Source: Rhodothermales bacterium
Lineage (GTDB): Bacteria > Bacteroidota > Rhodothermia > Rhodothermales > VXPQ01
Length of the DNA: 64,000 nt
NCBI GenBank assembly: GCA_965223485.1
Contig: OZ244993.1
Coordinates: forward strand, 2,089,527 to 2,153,526
Reading direction: 5' to 3'
In this document: piece by piece, positions 34,602-43,228 of the stretch
Layout: every line of letters begins with the position of its first letter
Position numbering within the stretch: position 1 is the first letter of the stretch
Translations under genes and position numbers: made by a program
The notes under the pieces: model-generated
What the model saw: the letters and a program-made list of their open reading frames with translations, nothing else
Databases searched by the model: none
What the model was told of the DNA's origin: nothing

Positions 34602-35585
34602 TTACGACCGTGCATGCCACGGGGTACCGTACCGGTTGCACAGCGTAACGAGGGTTTCCATGCGTTTGCGGGCGGTCGTCTTCATAAAAGTGTCCAGGGC
34701 ATCGCCTTCCAACGCCACCCCTTCGCCCCAAACGGCCCGCCCCGCGATGACTCCGCTGGCGCCGGCCCGGCACGCCGCCTCCGCCTGTTTTGCAAACAAT
34801 GCAAACGACACGCCTCCACTTAATAGCGTCCACGGGACCGCGCACGCCTCGTCGAGGTCCTGGAGCGCCGGTTCCCAGGTATCCGGGTGCGCATCGGGAT
34901 TCAGCGGGAAGGGTACTTTCAGCACATCCACACTGCGCTGCGAAAAATGCCGTGCGGTTTCCACGATAACCTGTGCGCGCTCCTCGTTTGAAAGCGGCTG
35001 GTCGGGGTCGAGCGAGCAGGCCACCGGTTCCAGAAAGAACGGCAGGCCGCAGGCGCGGCACTGCGCTCCGATCCGGTCGACCCCTTCCGTTTGCGCGTCG
35101 GCGCGGTGGGCCTCCGGGTGAAAAAACAGCAGCAATTTTGCGCCGTTGCCGCCGCAGCGCGCGATTTCCTCCACGCCCCAGTTTTCAATGAACTTCGTTT
35201 CCCGCCGGCTTGGATGTGCGCTGTAGTCGGTGACCTCCAGGGGGGCAAGGAGGCCGAATCCGTTTTCGGGGGCGCCCGGCATATCCGCCAGTGCAGGGAA
35301 GCCGTACTCCGGGTCGGTCAGTACGGCGCTGTACGAACCGGCAAGTCCCCGGATGGCCGCCCGCTTGAATGCAAGAAGGTCCTGCCTGCTCACGGAGCGG
35401 CCCCGTGCGTTCGCCATATCCTCTGCAAGGTTGGCCCGGTGATCGATGGCGAGCACGGTAAACGCGCCTTCCGCCCCCGCGCACCGGCTCAAATGGCGCT
35501 CGACCGCAACGTGCGCCGCGGGATGGTCCGTATGGCTTCCGTCTTCGCGGTTTTCCTGGTCTGCCCGAATGGGTGCGGTCCCCAT
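34602..35585 (-). CDS. Class I aldolase of the LacD / YihT / DUF2090 (tagatose-bisphosphate aldolase-like) family
   Basis: FTVLAIDHRANL, AVLTDPEYG, AKLLLFFHPE, LPFFLEPV, VDVLKVPFP, PWTLLSGGVSF and ASGVIAGRAVW match the family. Its ATG overlaps the kinase stop (ATGA at 35584-87). Confidence 0.6.
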   Translation of the reverse strand: MGTAPIRADQENREDGSHTDHPAAHVAVERHLSRCAGAEGAFTVLAIDHRANLAEDMANARGRSVSRQDLLAFKRAAIRGLAGSYSAVLTDPEYGFPALADMPGAPENGFGLLAPLEVTDYSAHPSRRETKFIENWGVEEIARCGGNGAKLLLFFHPEAHRADAQTEGVDRIGAQCRACGLPFFLEPVACSLDPDQPLSNEERAQVIVETARHFSQRSVDVLKVPFPLNPDAHPDTWEPALQDLDEACAVPWTLLSGGVSFALFAKQAEAACRAGASGVIAGRAVWGEGVALEGDALDTFMKTTARKRMETLVTLCNRYGTPWHARS

Positions 35586-36544
35586 CAGAATCCCCCTTGC
35601 TCCTCGATAAAGGAAGCCACCTCTTTGCGCGTGGGCATGTCGTTCGCGCAGGCGTGGCGCGTCACGATGATCGCCCCGGTGGCGTTGCCGAACCGGGCGC
35701 ATCTTTCCCATGCCCATCCCTGCAAGTACGCATAGGCGAATCCGGCGGCCCAGGCGTCGCCGGCGCCAAGCACATTGAGTATATCCACGGAAAAGGGGAG
35801 CGCGCGATGTACGCCTCCGTCTTTCGTATACACCTCCGAGCCGTTTTCCCCGCGCTTGACGGCGACGGCCCGCTGCACCAGGTCGAGCAGCACGGGTACG
35901 GCTTCCTCGACGCTTGGCCGGTCGGCGGCGGCAGTGATTTCATCCTCCGTCCCAATGGCGATGTCCACAAGGGGGAGCGCTGTGCGAAGGTGTCCGCCGA
36001 AGGCGTCAAGGTCTGCCCAGAGCGTGGGCCGCCTGTCTATATCGAGGATAATTTCCGCCCCTGCCGCACGGGCGAACTCCATAGCGCCCAGCGATGTGCT
36101 GCGGGCGGGCTCGCCGCTGAACCGGGACCCGGCCACGAACAGCACCTTCGTATCGTCGAAAGCGATGGGGGCAATGTCCTCTGCCGTCATGTGCATGTCG
36201 GCCGGATCGGGGCGGTAGTAGACGAGCGGGAACGTGTCGGGGGGGAGAATGCTCAGAAAAGCCAGCCCCGTCAAGTGCTCCGGATCGCGTACGACATACC
36301 GGGTGTCGACCCCTTCTTTCGTCAGAAAGTCGACCAGACCGTCACTCAAGCCGTCTGTGCCGATCCGGGACGCCATCGCCACGCGCAGACCCAGCCGCGC
36401 TGCGCCTGTGGCGAAGTTGGTCGGGCATCCCCCCGCATAGACGCTGAAATGCCGTACGCGGGACAGTTCCACGCCGACCTCGTCGGCGTACAGGTCGATC
36501 GCCAGCCGTCCCAGGCTGATGACGTCAAAAGTTCGTTCGGACAT
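35585..36544 (-). CDS. PfkB-family sugar kinase, IolC (5-dehydro-2-deoxygluconokinase)-like
   Basis: FDVISLGRLAIDLY, YAGGCPTNFATGAARLG and the C-terminal VLGAGDAWAAGFAY..RFGNATGAIIVTRHACA match the family. Confidence 0.75.
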   Translation of the reverse strand: MSERTFDVISLGRLAIDLYADEVGVELSRVRHFSVYAGGCPTNFATGAARLGLRVAMASRIGTDGLSDGLVDFLTKEGVDTRYVVRDPEHLTGLAFLSILPPDTFPLVYYRPDPADMHMTAEDIAPIAFDDTKVLFVAGSRFSGEPARSTSLGAMEFARAAGAEIILDIDRRPTLWADLDAFGGHLRTALPLVDIAIGTEDEITAAADRPSVEEAVPVLLDLVQRAVAVKRGENGSEVYTKDGGVHRALPFSVDILNVLGAGDAWAAGFAYAYLQGWAWERCARFGNATGAIIVTRHACANDMPTRKEVASFIEEQGGF

Positions 36545-36559
36545 ACTTGGCCGGATAAA

Positions 36560-38035
36560 TCAGAAGGTGCGGGTCCATGCGCTCGGCCAGCGTTCCACCA
36601 CCACTTTCGTTTGCGTGTAGAACTCCACGCCGTGCCGGGACTGCGCATGCAAGTCCCCGAAGAAACTTTCGTTCCAGCCGCTGAACGGGAAAAAGGCCAT
36701 CGGGGCGGCCACGCCGATATTGACGCCGATGTTGCCGGCGTCCGCTTCGTGGCGGAATTGCCGTGCGTGCGCCCCGCTGCTTGTGAAGATGCAGGCCATG
36801 TTTCCATAGGGCCGATCGTTCACGAACCGGATGGCCTCGTCGATAGTCTCGACATGGGACAGGCTCAGCACGGGACCGAATACTTCGATCCGGGACAGCG
36901 TACTTGCCGGGGGAATGTCGGCAAGCACGGAGGGAAAAAGGAAATAGCCGTCTTCGTAGCCCCCGACTTGTTTGCCCCGGCCGTCCACGACCAGCCGGGC
37001 GCCCTCTTTCGTACCCGTTTCAATGAGTCCTTCGATGCGCTGCCTGCTTTGCCCGGAAATGACGGGCCCCATTTGCACATCCTCGTCCAGGCCGTAGCCC
37101 ACCCGGCGGGATCCGGCGGCGTCTGCGATCCGTTCGGTAAATGCCTTGCCCGCGCTTCCTACCGTTACGGCTACGGAGGCGGCAAGGCATCGCTGTCCGG
37201 CGCAGCCGAAAGCGGAGTCGGCCATGATCTGCGTGGTCATATCCATGTCCGCATCCGGCATGATCACCACCGGATTTTTAGCGCCTCCCTGGCACTGCGC
37301 GCGTTTTCCTGCAGCGCATGCCCTGCCGTAGACATACCGCGCCACCGGCGTCGATCCTACGAAACTCACGGCGCGCACCAGCGGATGATCGAGGAGCGCA
37401 TCCACCGTGTCCTTGCCCCCGTGGACGAGTTGCAGCACGCCCGGCGGAAAGCCGCAGGCGTCGATCAGGTCGAATAGCCGGGCGCTGGTCATGGGGACGC
37501 GCTCGCTCGGCTTCAGGATGAAGCAGTTGCCGGTGGCGACGGCGTAGGGCAAAAACCACAGGGGGATCATACCCGGGAAATTGAATGGGGTGATGGCCGC
37601 GGTCACGCCCAGCGGTTGCCGGATCATGTGCTCGTCGATGCCGCGCGCAATGTCCTCGTTGTTCACGCCCTGCATGAGTATGGGCGTTCCGATAGCCACC
37701 TCCACGTTTTCGATGCCCCGCCGGAGTTCGCCCAGACTTTCCCGGAAGGTCTTGCCGCATTCGTTCGTGATGGTTCTGGCAAGGTCTTCCACGTGTTCTT
37801 CCAGCAACTGCTTGAGCCGGAAGAGGTATCCGATCCGTTCCGTGACCGGTGTAGCCCGCCATTCCCGGAACGCCTTGTGCGCCGCCTGCACGGCATGGTC
37901 CACCTCTTCCTTCGAGGAGAGGGGTACCCGCGCCAGCGGCGCCGCGGTGGCCGGGTTGATCACATCCAGCAGGGGGCTTTCCCGGCGAAGGCGCCAGTCG
38001 CCTTCGATATAATGGTGGAGGGGAGCGGGGGGCAT
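36560..38035 (-). CDS. mmsA: CoA-acylating methylmalonate/malonate-semialdehyde dehydrogenase
   Basis: It is collinear with the MmsA/IolA family: [113 protein letters not shown]. Confidence 0.9.
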   Translation of the reverse strand: MPPAPLHHYIEGDWRLRRESPLLDVINPATAAPLARVPLSSKEEVDHAVQAAHKAFREWRATPVTERIGYLFRLKQLLEEHVEDLARTITNECGKTFRESLGELRRGIENVEVAIGTPILMQGVNNEDIARGIDEHMIRQPLGVTAAITPFNFPGMIPLWFLPYAVATGNCFILKPSERVPMTSARLFDLIDACGFPPGVLQLVHGGKDTVDALLDHPLVRAVSFVGSTPVARYVYGRACAAGKRAQCQGGAKNPVVIMPDADMDMTTQIMADSAFGCAGQRCLAASVAVTVGSAGKAFTERIADAAGSRRVGYGLDEDVQMGPVISGQSRQRIEGLIETGTKEGARLVVDGRGKQVGGYEDGYFLFPSVLADIPPASTLSRIEVFGPVLSLSHVETIDEAIRFVNDRPYGNMACIFTSSGAHARQFRHEADAGNIGVNIGVAAPMAFFPFSGWNESFFGDLHAQSRHGVEFYTQTKVVVERWPSAWTRTF

Positions 38036-38336
38036 GGCGTCAGGGTGAGAATATTTTGTAAAGATATTTGGCGCGCCGTGTCTCTACGCGCGGCGGAGGT
38101 CAGTGGCATGCAACCGGCGGCCGGCGGGTCCGCAACATGCATTCGCGCACCGGCGTGGGCTCACAGCATGCAACCGGCGCCGCAAAGGGTAAATCCGGCG
38201 AATGGCTTGTGTGTTCCTGCATAAATGCGCTATTGTTGCGCAGGACAGGAACCCGGTTTTCGGGCGCTATGTACAGGGAAGGCCAATTCGCCGGGGGAAA
38301 CTGCCCCGTGAACAGATATCGAACGAAACGCTTGCC

Positions 38337-39371
38337 ATGAAAGCCGTAATGAAAGTAGCGCCGGGCGTGGGGCATATCGAACTCCGTGACATTCCCGAAC
38401 CCGACCCGGCTCCCGGACAGGTCAAGATTCGCGTGCAGGCTGCCGGCGTCTGCGGCACGGACCTCCATATATATAAGGACGAATTCGCCTCACGGCCTCC
38501 CGTTGTCCTCGGACACGAGGTTGCAGGGGAAATTGTGGACGCCGGGGACGATGTGGATCATCTTTCGCCGGGTCTTCGCGTAACGACCGAGACCTATTTT
38601 TCCACGTGCGGCGCATGCCGGTATTGCCGCACCGGGCGGGCCAACCTGTGTCTGAATCGTCTTTCGATCGGCTCTGCCGTCAACGGGGGATTCACCCGGT
38701 ATGTGATTGTCCCGGCTTCCAACATCCATGTGTTGCCGGACAATGTGGATTTCCGCGCCGGCGCCTTGACCGAGCCGCTCGCATGCGTTGTCCACGGCGT
38801 TTCGAGCACCCCGACGGTGTCTCCCGGCGATGTGGCGGTCGTGGCGGGTCCCGGAGCCATTGGTTTGCTTACGCTGCAGGTGGTAAAGGCGGCCGGCGCG
38901 ACCGTAGTCATGCTCGGCACGGACAGCGACGGGCACCGCCTGGACATGGCTCGTTCGTTTGGAGCCGATCACATCGTAAACGTACAGCGCGACAATCCTT
39001 CGGAACTCGTTGCCGGTATCACTCCTGAAAGAATGGGGGCCGATGTGGTGTACGAGTGTTCGGGCGCAGGACCTGCCGCCGCAGGGTTGCTGGACCTTGT
39101 TCGCCGGGGGGGGCGGTATGTTCAGATCGGGCTTTTCGGCAAACCGATCGCATGGAACCTCGATCAGGTATGCTACAAGGAACTTGTCGTAACCGGCAGC
39201 AACGCGAGCGTGCCTGCCGCATGGCTGCGCGCGTTGCAACTGCTGCAAACCGGGCGGGTGCGTACGAAGCCGCTCATCACCGATATCCGTGAGGTAACGA
39301 AGTGGGAGCAGGCCTTCGAGGGGTTCGAGAACCGGCGCGGTGTCAAGACGCTGTTAATTCCTGTGGATTGA
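38337..39371 (+). CDS. Zn-dependent medium-chain alcohol/polyol dehydrogenase
   Basis: [23 protein letters not shown], the structural-Zn Cys cluster [15 protein letters not shown], and GPGAIGLL match the family. ATG 38337 lies inside track ORF 38202. Confidence 0.85.
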   Translation: MKAVMKVAPGVGHIELRDIPEPDPAPGQVKIRVQAAGVCGTDLHIYKDEFASRPPVVLGHEVAGEIVDAGDDVDHLSPGLRVTTETYFSTCGACRYCRTGRANLCLNRLSIGSAVNGGFTRYVIVPASNIHVLPDNVDFRAGALTEPLACVVHGVSSTPTVSPGDVAVVAGPGAIGLLTLQVVKAAGATVVMLGTDSDGHRLDMARSFGADHIVNVQRDNPSELVAGITPERMGADVVYECSGAGPAAAGLLDLVRRGGRYVQIGLFGKPIAWNLDQVCYKELVVTGSNASVPAAWLRALQLLQTGRVRTKPLITDIREVTKWEQAFEGFENRRGVKTLLIPVD

Positions 39372-39716
39372 CGGTGTCGTTCCCCCAAGGCAGGCGGAAA
39401 ATAGCGAGACAAAAAAATTCCATTCTTGATTTATTGTTTACGATGCCGTAATCTATTCAGCCGTACGTGCGTTTCCCCGCAATATGTCGGGGTGTACCTG
39501 ACGCGCAGGACATATGCGATGCATGATTTACTCTGTATCGGTACCATTACATAAACGGACGCGAAAACGCTTTTTACATACATTAACGTGATAAACGGCG
39601 AATTCCGCGCTCCTTACTTCAAACGCTAACGCGAATGAATGTACGAGCGCCTCGGTATTTTCTATCGTTAGCGCTCCTTTGAAACGTTACAGCCACCAAC
39701 ATCAATCCAGAGGGTC

Positions 39717-42700
39717 ATGCAAATGAGACTGGCAAGGCTACTATTTACGCTTGCTCTGCTTCTTCCGGTCACCGCCTGGGCGCAGCAAGGCAAGATCGCT
39801 GGTCAGGTAACCGATGCGGGCACCGGGGAGTCGCTTCCCGGCGTGAACGTCGCGATCGTGGGAACGACGCAAGGCGCCGTTACCGACGCGGAGGGGTTCT
39901 ACCACATTCTGAATGTGCGCCCCGGCACGTACGGCGTACGCGCATCGTTCATCGGGTACACGGCGTCGGTACAGGAGGGAATCCACGTGAGTACGGACCT
40001 CACCTCCACGCTCAACTTTGAGCTACAGGAGGAAACGGTAGGTCTCGATGAGGTGGTCGTCACGGCCGAGCAGCCTATTGTGCAAGCTGACGTGTCAGCA
40101 AATGTGGCGAACCTGAGCGCCCAGGATTTTCAGGACTTGCCCGTAGCGGGCATTTCGGAAGTGCTGGACCTGCAGGCAGGCATTGAGCCTGGACTGATGA
40201 TACGTGGCGGCGGAATGAACCAAGTCGCTTTTATCGTCGACGGCCAGCAGATGCGTACGGGTCGCCACAACGACCCGCTGACGAGCATCAGCTACACGTC
40301 GCTTGAGGAGGTGCAGGTGCAGACAGGCGGGTTCAGTGCGGAGTACGGGAACGTTCGTTCCGGCATCGTGAACATCGCTACCAAGGAACCCTCCCGCACG
40401 GAGTACACGGTGGATGCGCTCATTCGCTTTGCGCCGGCCCAGGACAAGACCTTTGACGCCTATAGCCAGTTGCCATCGAGTTGCGACTATTCCTCCTCTT
40501 CTATTTCTATCGAGTGCAACACATGGTTTGCGCGCCCGGTGCTTGATCCGGCGGTTCGCCTGAACGGGGTGGAGAATTCCGATTGGGACGCCTATGACAT
40601 CCGGCAGTACAAGCCGTTTCCCGGTTGGGGAGGTATCATTGACCGTCTCCAGAGCGAGAATTTCGACGTGACCGAAGCGGATATGATCGAATACTGGCAC
40701 TACATGTGGCGCAAGAGCAACGAGATCACCATGCCGGACTACGACGCCGACATTACGATCGGTGGTCCGATTCCGGTCTACAGCCAGCGTTTGGGCGGTC
40801 TTCGCTTCCTTGCTTCTTATCGCGGTTCCCAGACTGCCTATTTGTATCCACAGGATCGTAAGGCATACACGGACAATACCTTTCAGGGGAAGCTGATCTC
40901 CAATGTGGCTCCGGGCATGAAGCTGACGTTCAGTGTGCTCGGTACGCGGCAGCGCGGCCAGCTTCAGAGCGAAAATACGCCGGGCACGGAGCTCTGGACG
41001 GGTGACATTCCGGCCTACCCCTGGTGGGGAGGCGGAGGAAAGCAGGTAAGGGATATCGATATTCGCGGGGACGAGTTGTTCACGGATGGGCAGTGGCCGA
41101 TCGGCGACATTGATCACCTTATGCTGGGCATGCAGTTCACGCATACGCTGAACCAGAACACCTTCTACGAGATAGGTCTTCAGCGGATGGAGTCGAACTA
41201 CCAGACGCATCTCCCGGTGTTGCGGGACGGTTCGTACGTATGTCCTGAAAGCGGCACGGGTCCCGACGGCGCACGCTGCCAGCCGCATGAGCTCGTCCGA
41301 CTTCCCTGGACGGACAATTTCGGCCGCATCAACGAAGGCTTTGGATACGAAAGCCTGATTGGCCAGGAAAACGGTATCGTGTGCTTCGGCGGCAAATCCG
41401 ACATTACGGGCGATGGGGCGGCTACGCCGTACTGCTCTGGTCAGGAGCCCATGGGCTTCGCCGGGATCGGCGGCAATATCCTGACGGACGAATCGACGGG
41501 TGGCCACTGGGTCAAGACGCGCGACACCTCGTCCGTGACGGTGTATACCGGCCGGTTTGACCTCACGAGTCAGTTCAATCGCTTCCTCCTGGTCCAGACG
41601 GGCGCCGAGCTGATCTACAGCGACTACAACATGGACTACGCCAGCATCAACATTGCGCTGGCCGGTCCGCAGTCGGGCGCCAGGTATCCGTGGGACGGCT
41701 CGCCCGTGCAGGGCGCCGCCTATGCGCAGGGCAAGCTCGAATTTCAGGGCATGATTGCAAACCTCGGTGTGCGTCTCGACTACTTCGACCCGAACACGGA
41801 GTGGTGGCAGTACGAACCGTATGAGGGTGTCTTCCGTTTCAACAGGGACAAGCTGGACGAAGAGCTGGAGACCGAATCCGTCGGTTCGCAGATCGGCGTC
41901 AGCCCCCGCGTTGGCATTTCCTTCCCGATTACGAGCAACAGCAAGCTGTACTTCAACTACGGCCACTTCCGCCAGATGATGGATGCCTACGATGTACTGG
42001 GTATCCGGCAGTCCAAGGCGGGCGGTATCGACAATATCGCGAATCCGGAGCATCCGCTTCCCAAGACGGTGGCGTACGAACTGGGCTTCGACCAGAATGT
42101 GCTGGATCAATTTCTGCTGCGTATTTCCGGGTACTACCGGGACAATAAGGAGCAGACGCGGACGGTCAATCTCCAGAGTCTTGGCGGCGTCGTGAATTAC
42201 AGTACGAAGATGCCGTGGGCCTACTCGGACGTGCGGGGCGCGGAGTTCAGCATCTCCAAGAACCGCGGCACGTGGATTCAGGGTTTTGCGAACTTCACCT
42301 ACCAGCAGTCGAAGAGCGGTAATTTCGGGTACTCGAACTTCTTTGAAAATTCGTTCCAGATGGTGAATTGGTTGCGCGACGCCGACGATTACCGGCAAAC
42401 CGCCCCGGTGGCCGAGCCGTTCGCTCGCGCGAATCTGCTTGTGCTCACGCCGCAAGGCTTCGGGCCCGAAGTGGCCGGCAAGAATCCGCTGGGGAATTTC
42501 CGCATCAGTATTCTGGGTGATTGGCGCAAGGGCATTGCGTTCACCTGGGCGGGTGGCGCGAGCATTCCTGAAGTGCGCAACAACGTCCGGTATCGCGACT
42601 ACTGGAATTTTGATCTGCGGTTCACGAAGCACCTCACCGCTGGGCCCACGCAGTTGCAGTTGTTTGCGGACATCGATAATGTCTTTAACCTGCGGCACCT

Positions 42701-43118
42701 GAACTGGGTCGGTGCATGGCTCAAACGACAGGGACGGGATTCGGAAGATTACCTGCGTTCTCTCCATTTGCCGTCGGATATCTTCGACCAGTTGCCTGAC
42801 GGCGCCACCAAGCCGTACCTGTGGGTGCCCGGCGACGATCGTCCGGGCGTATTCCGCGACTGGGATGTCGAATTCCAGCCGATCGAAGCTAAGGCCTCGT
42901 TGCCGGACGCTCCCGACGCGGACTTCGAGCGCGGTTGGGTTTGGGCCGAGGATAACGGTACGTACCACCGGTGGACCGGTAGCGGCTGGGAAAACGTTCC
43001 CTCCGGCGAGCTGGATCAGGTACTGAAGGATAAGGCATACATCGATATGCCGAACCACCGGTTCAATACCTTCCTGAACCCGCGCAGAGTCACGCTCGGT
43101 CTACGAGTAAGCTTTTAA
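39717..43118 (+). CDS. TonB-dependent receptor, module 1 (CarboxypepD_reg-like domain plus plug plus large barrel)
   Basis: A signal peptide (..LLPVTAWAQQ) is followed by GKIAGQVTDAGTGESLPGVNVAIVGTTQGAVTDAEGFYHILNVRPGTYGVRASFIGY. Then come the TonB-box-like LDEVVVTA and the plug (VQVQTGGFSAEYGNVRSGIVNI). The protein ends in the OMP signal GLRVSF. Confidence 0.9.
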   Translation: MQMRLARLLFTLALLLPVTAWAQQGKIAGQVTDAGTGESLPGVNVAIVGTTQGAVTDAEGFYHILNVRPGTYGVRASFIGYTASVQEGIHVSTDLTSTLNFELQEETVGLDEVVVTAEQPIVQADVSANVANLSAQDFQDLPVAGISEVLDLQAGIEPGLMIRGGGMNQVAFIVDGQQMRTGRHNDPLTSISYTSLEEVQVQTGGFSAEYGNVRSGIVNIATKEPSRTEYTVDALIRFAPAQDKTFDAYSQLPSSCDYSSSSISIECNTWFARPVLDPAVRLNGVENSDWDAYDIRQYKPFPGWGGIIDRLQSENFDVTEADMIEYWHYMWRKSNEITMPDYDADITIGGPIPVYSQRLGGLRFLASYRGSQTAYLYPQDRKAYTDNTFQGKLISNVAPGMKLTFSVLGTRQRGQLQSENTPGTELWTGDIPAYPWWGGGGKQVRDIDIRGDELFTDGQWPIGDIDHLMLGMQFTHTLNQNTFYEIGLQRMESNYQTHLPVLRDGSYVCPESGTGPDGARCQPHELVRLPWTDNFGRINEGFGYESLIGQENGIVCFGGKSDITGDGAATPYCSGQEPMGFAGIGGNILTDESTGGHWVKTRDTSSVTVYTGRFDLTSQFNRFLLVQTGAELIYSDYNMDYASINIALAGPQSGARYPWDGSPVQGAAYAQGKLEFQGMIANLGVRLDYFDPNTEWWQYEPYEGVFRFNRDKLDEELETESVGSQIGVSPRVGISFPITSNSKLYFNYGHFRQMMDAYDVLGIRQSKAGGIDNIANPEHPLPKTVAYELGFDQNVLDQFLLRISGYYRDNKEQTRTVNLQSLGGVVNYSTKMPWAYSDVRGAEFSISKNRGTWIQGFANFTYQQSKSGNFGYSNFFENSFQMVNWLRDADDYRQTAPVAEPFARANLLVLTPQGFGPEVAGKNPLGNFRISILGDWRKGIAFTWAGGASIPEVRNNVRYRDYWNFDLRFTKHLTAGPTQLQLFADIDNVFNLRHLNWVGAWLKRQGRDSEDYLRSLHLPSDIFDQLPDGATKPYLWVPGDDRPGVFRDWDVEFQPIEAKASLPDAPDADFERGWVWAEDNGTYHRWTGSGWENVPSGELDQVLKDKAYIDMPNHRFNTFLNPRRVTLGLRVSF

Positions 43119-43228
43119 GGAAAATCGATGCGCAGGGGGTCGGCGGCGGTTGCACCCGCCAGCCCCTTGGGCGTGTCCATCCGGAGATCAAAATCGCCGG
43201 CAGTTATCCTGCACATTCGAACAAGATC

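Noticed and set aside
34498-35061. 188-aa N-terminal extension of the UxaE-like ORF (track ORF 33127..35061)
   Set aside because: The extension is low-complexity (R/G/P-rich) and overlaps the 3' end of the aldolase gene. Family-like sequence starts at MATQNS (34497).
35573-37477. 634-aa plus-strand ORF across the kinase and ALDH genes
   Set aside because: It is antisense to two genes with strong family signatures and has no motifs of its own.
40095-43058. 987-aa minus-strand ORF opposite TBDR-1, with similar ones at 58490..59827 and 46721..47674
   Set aside because: They are antisense shadows of confidently assigned plus-strand genes.
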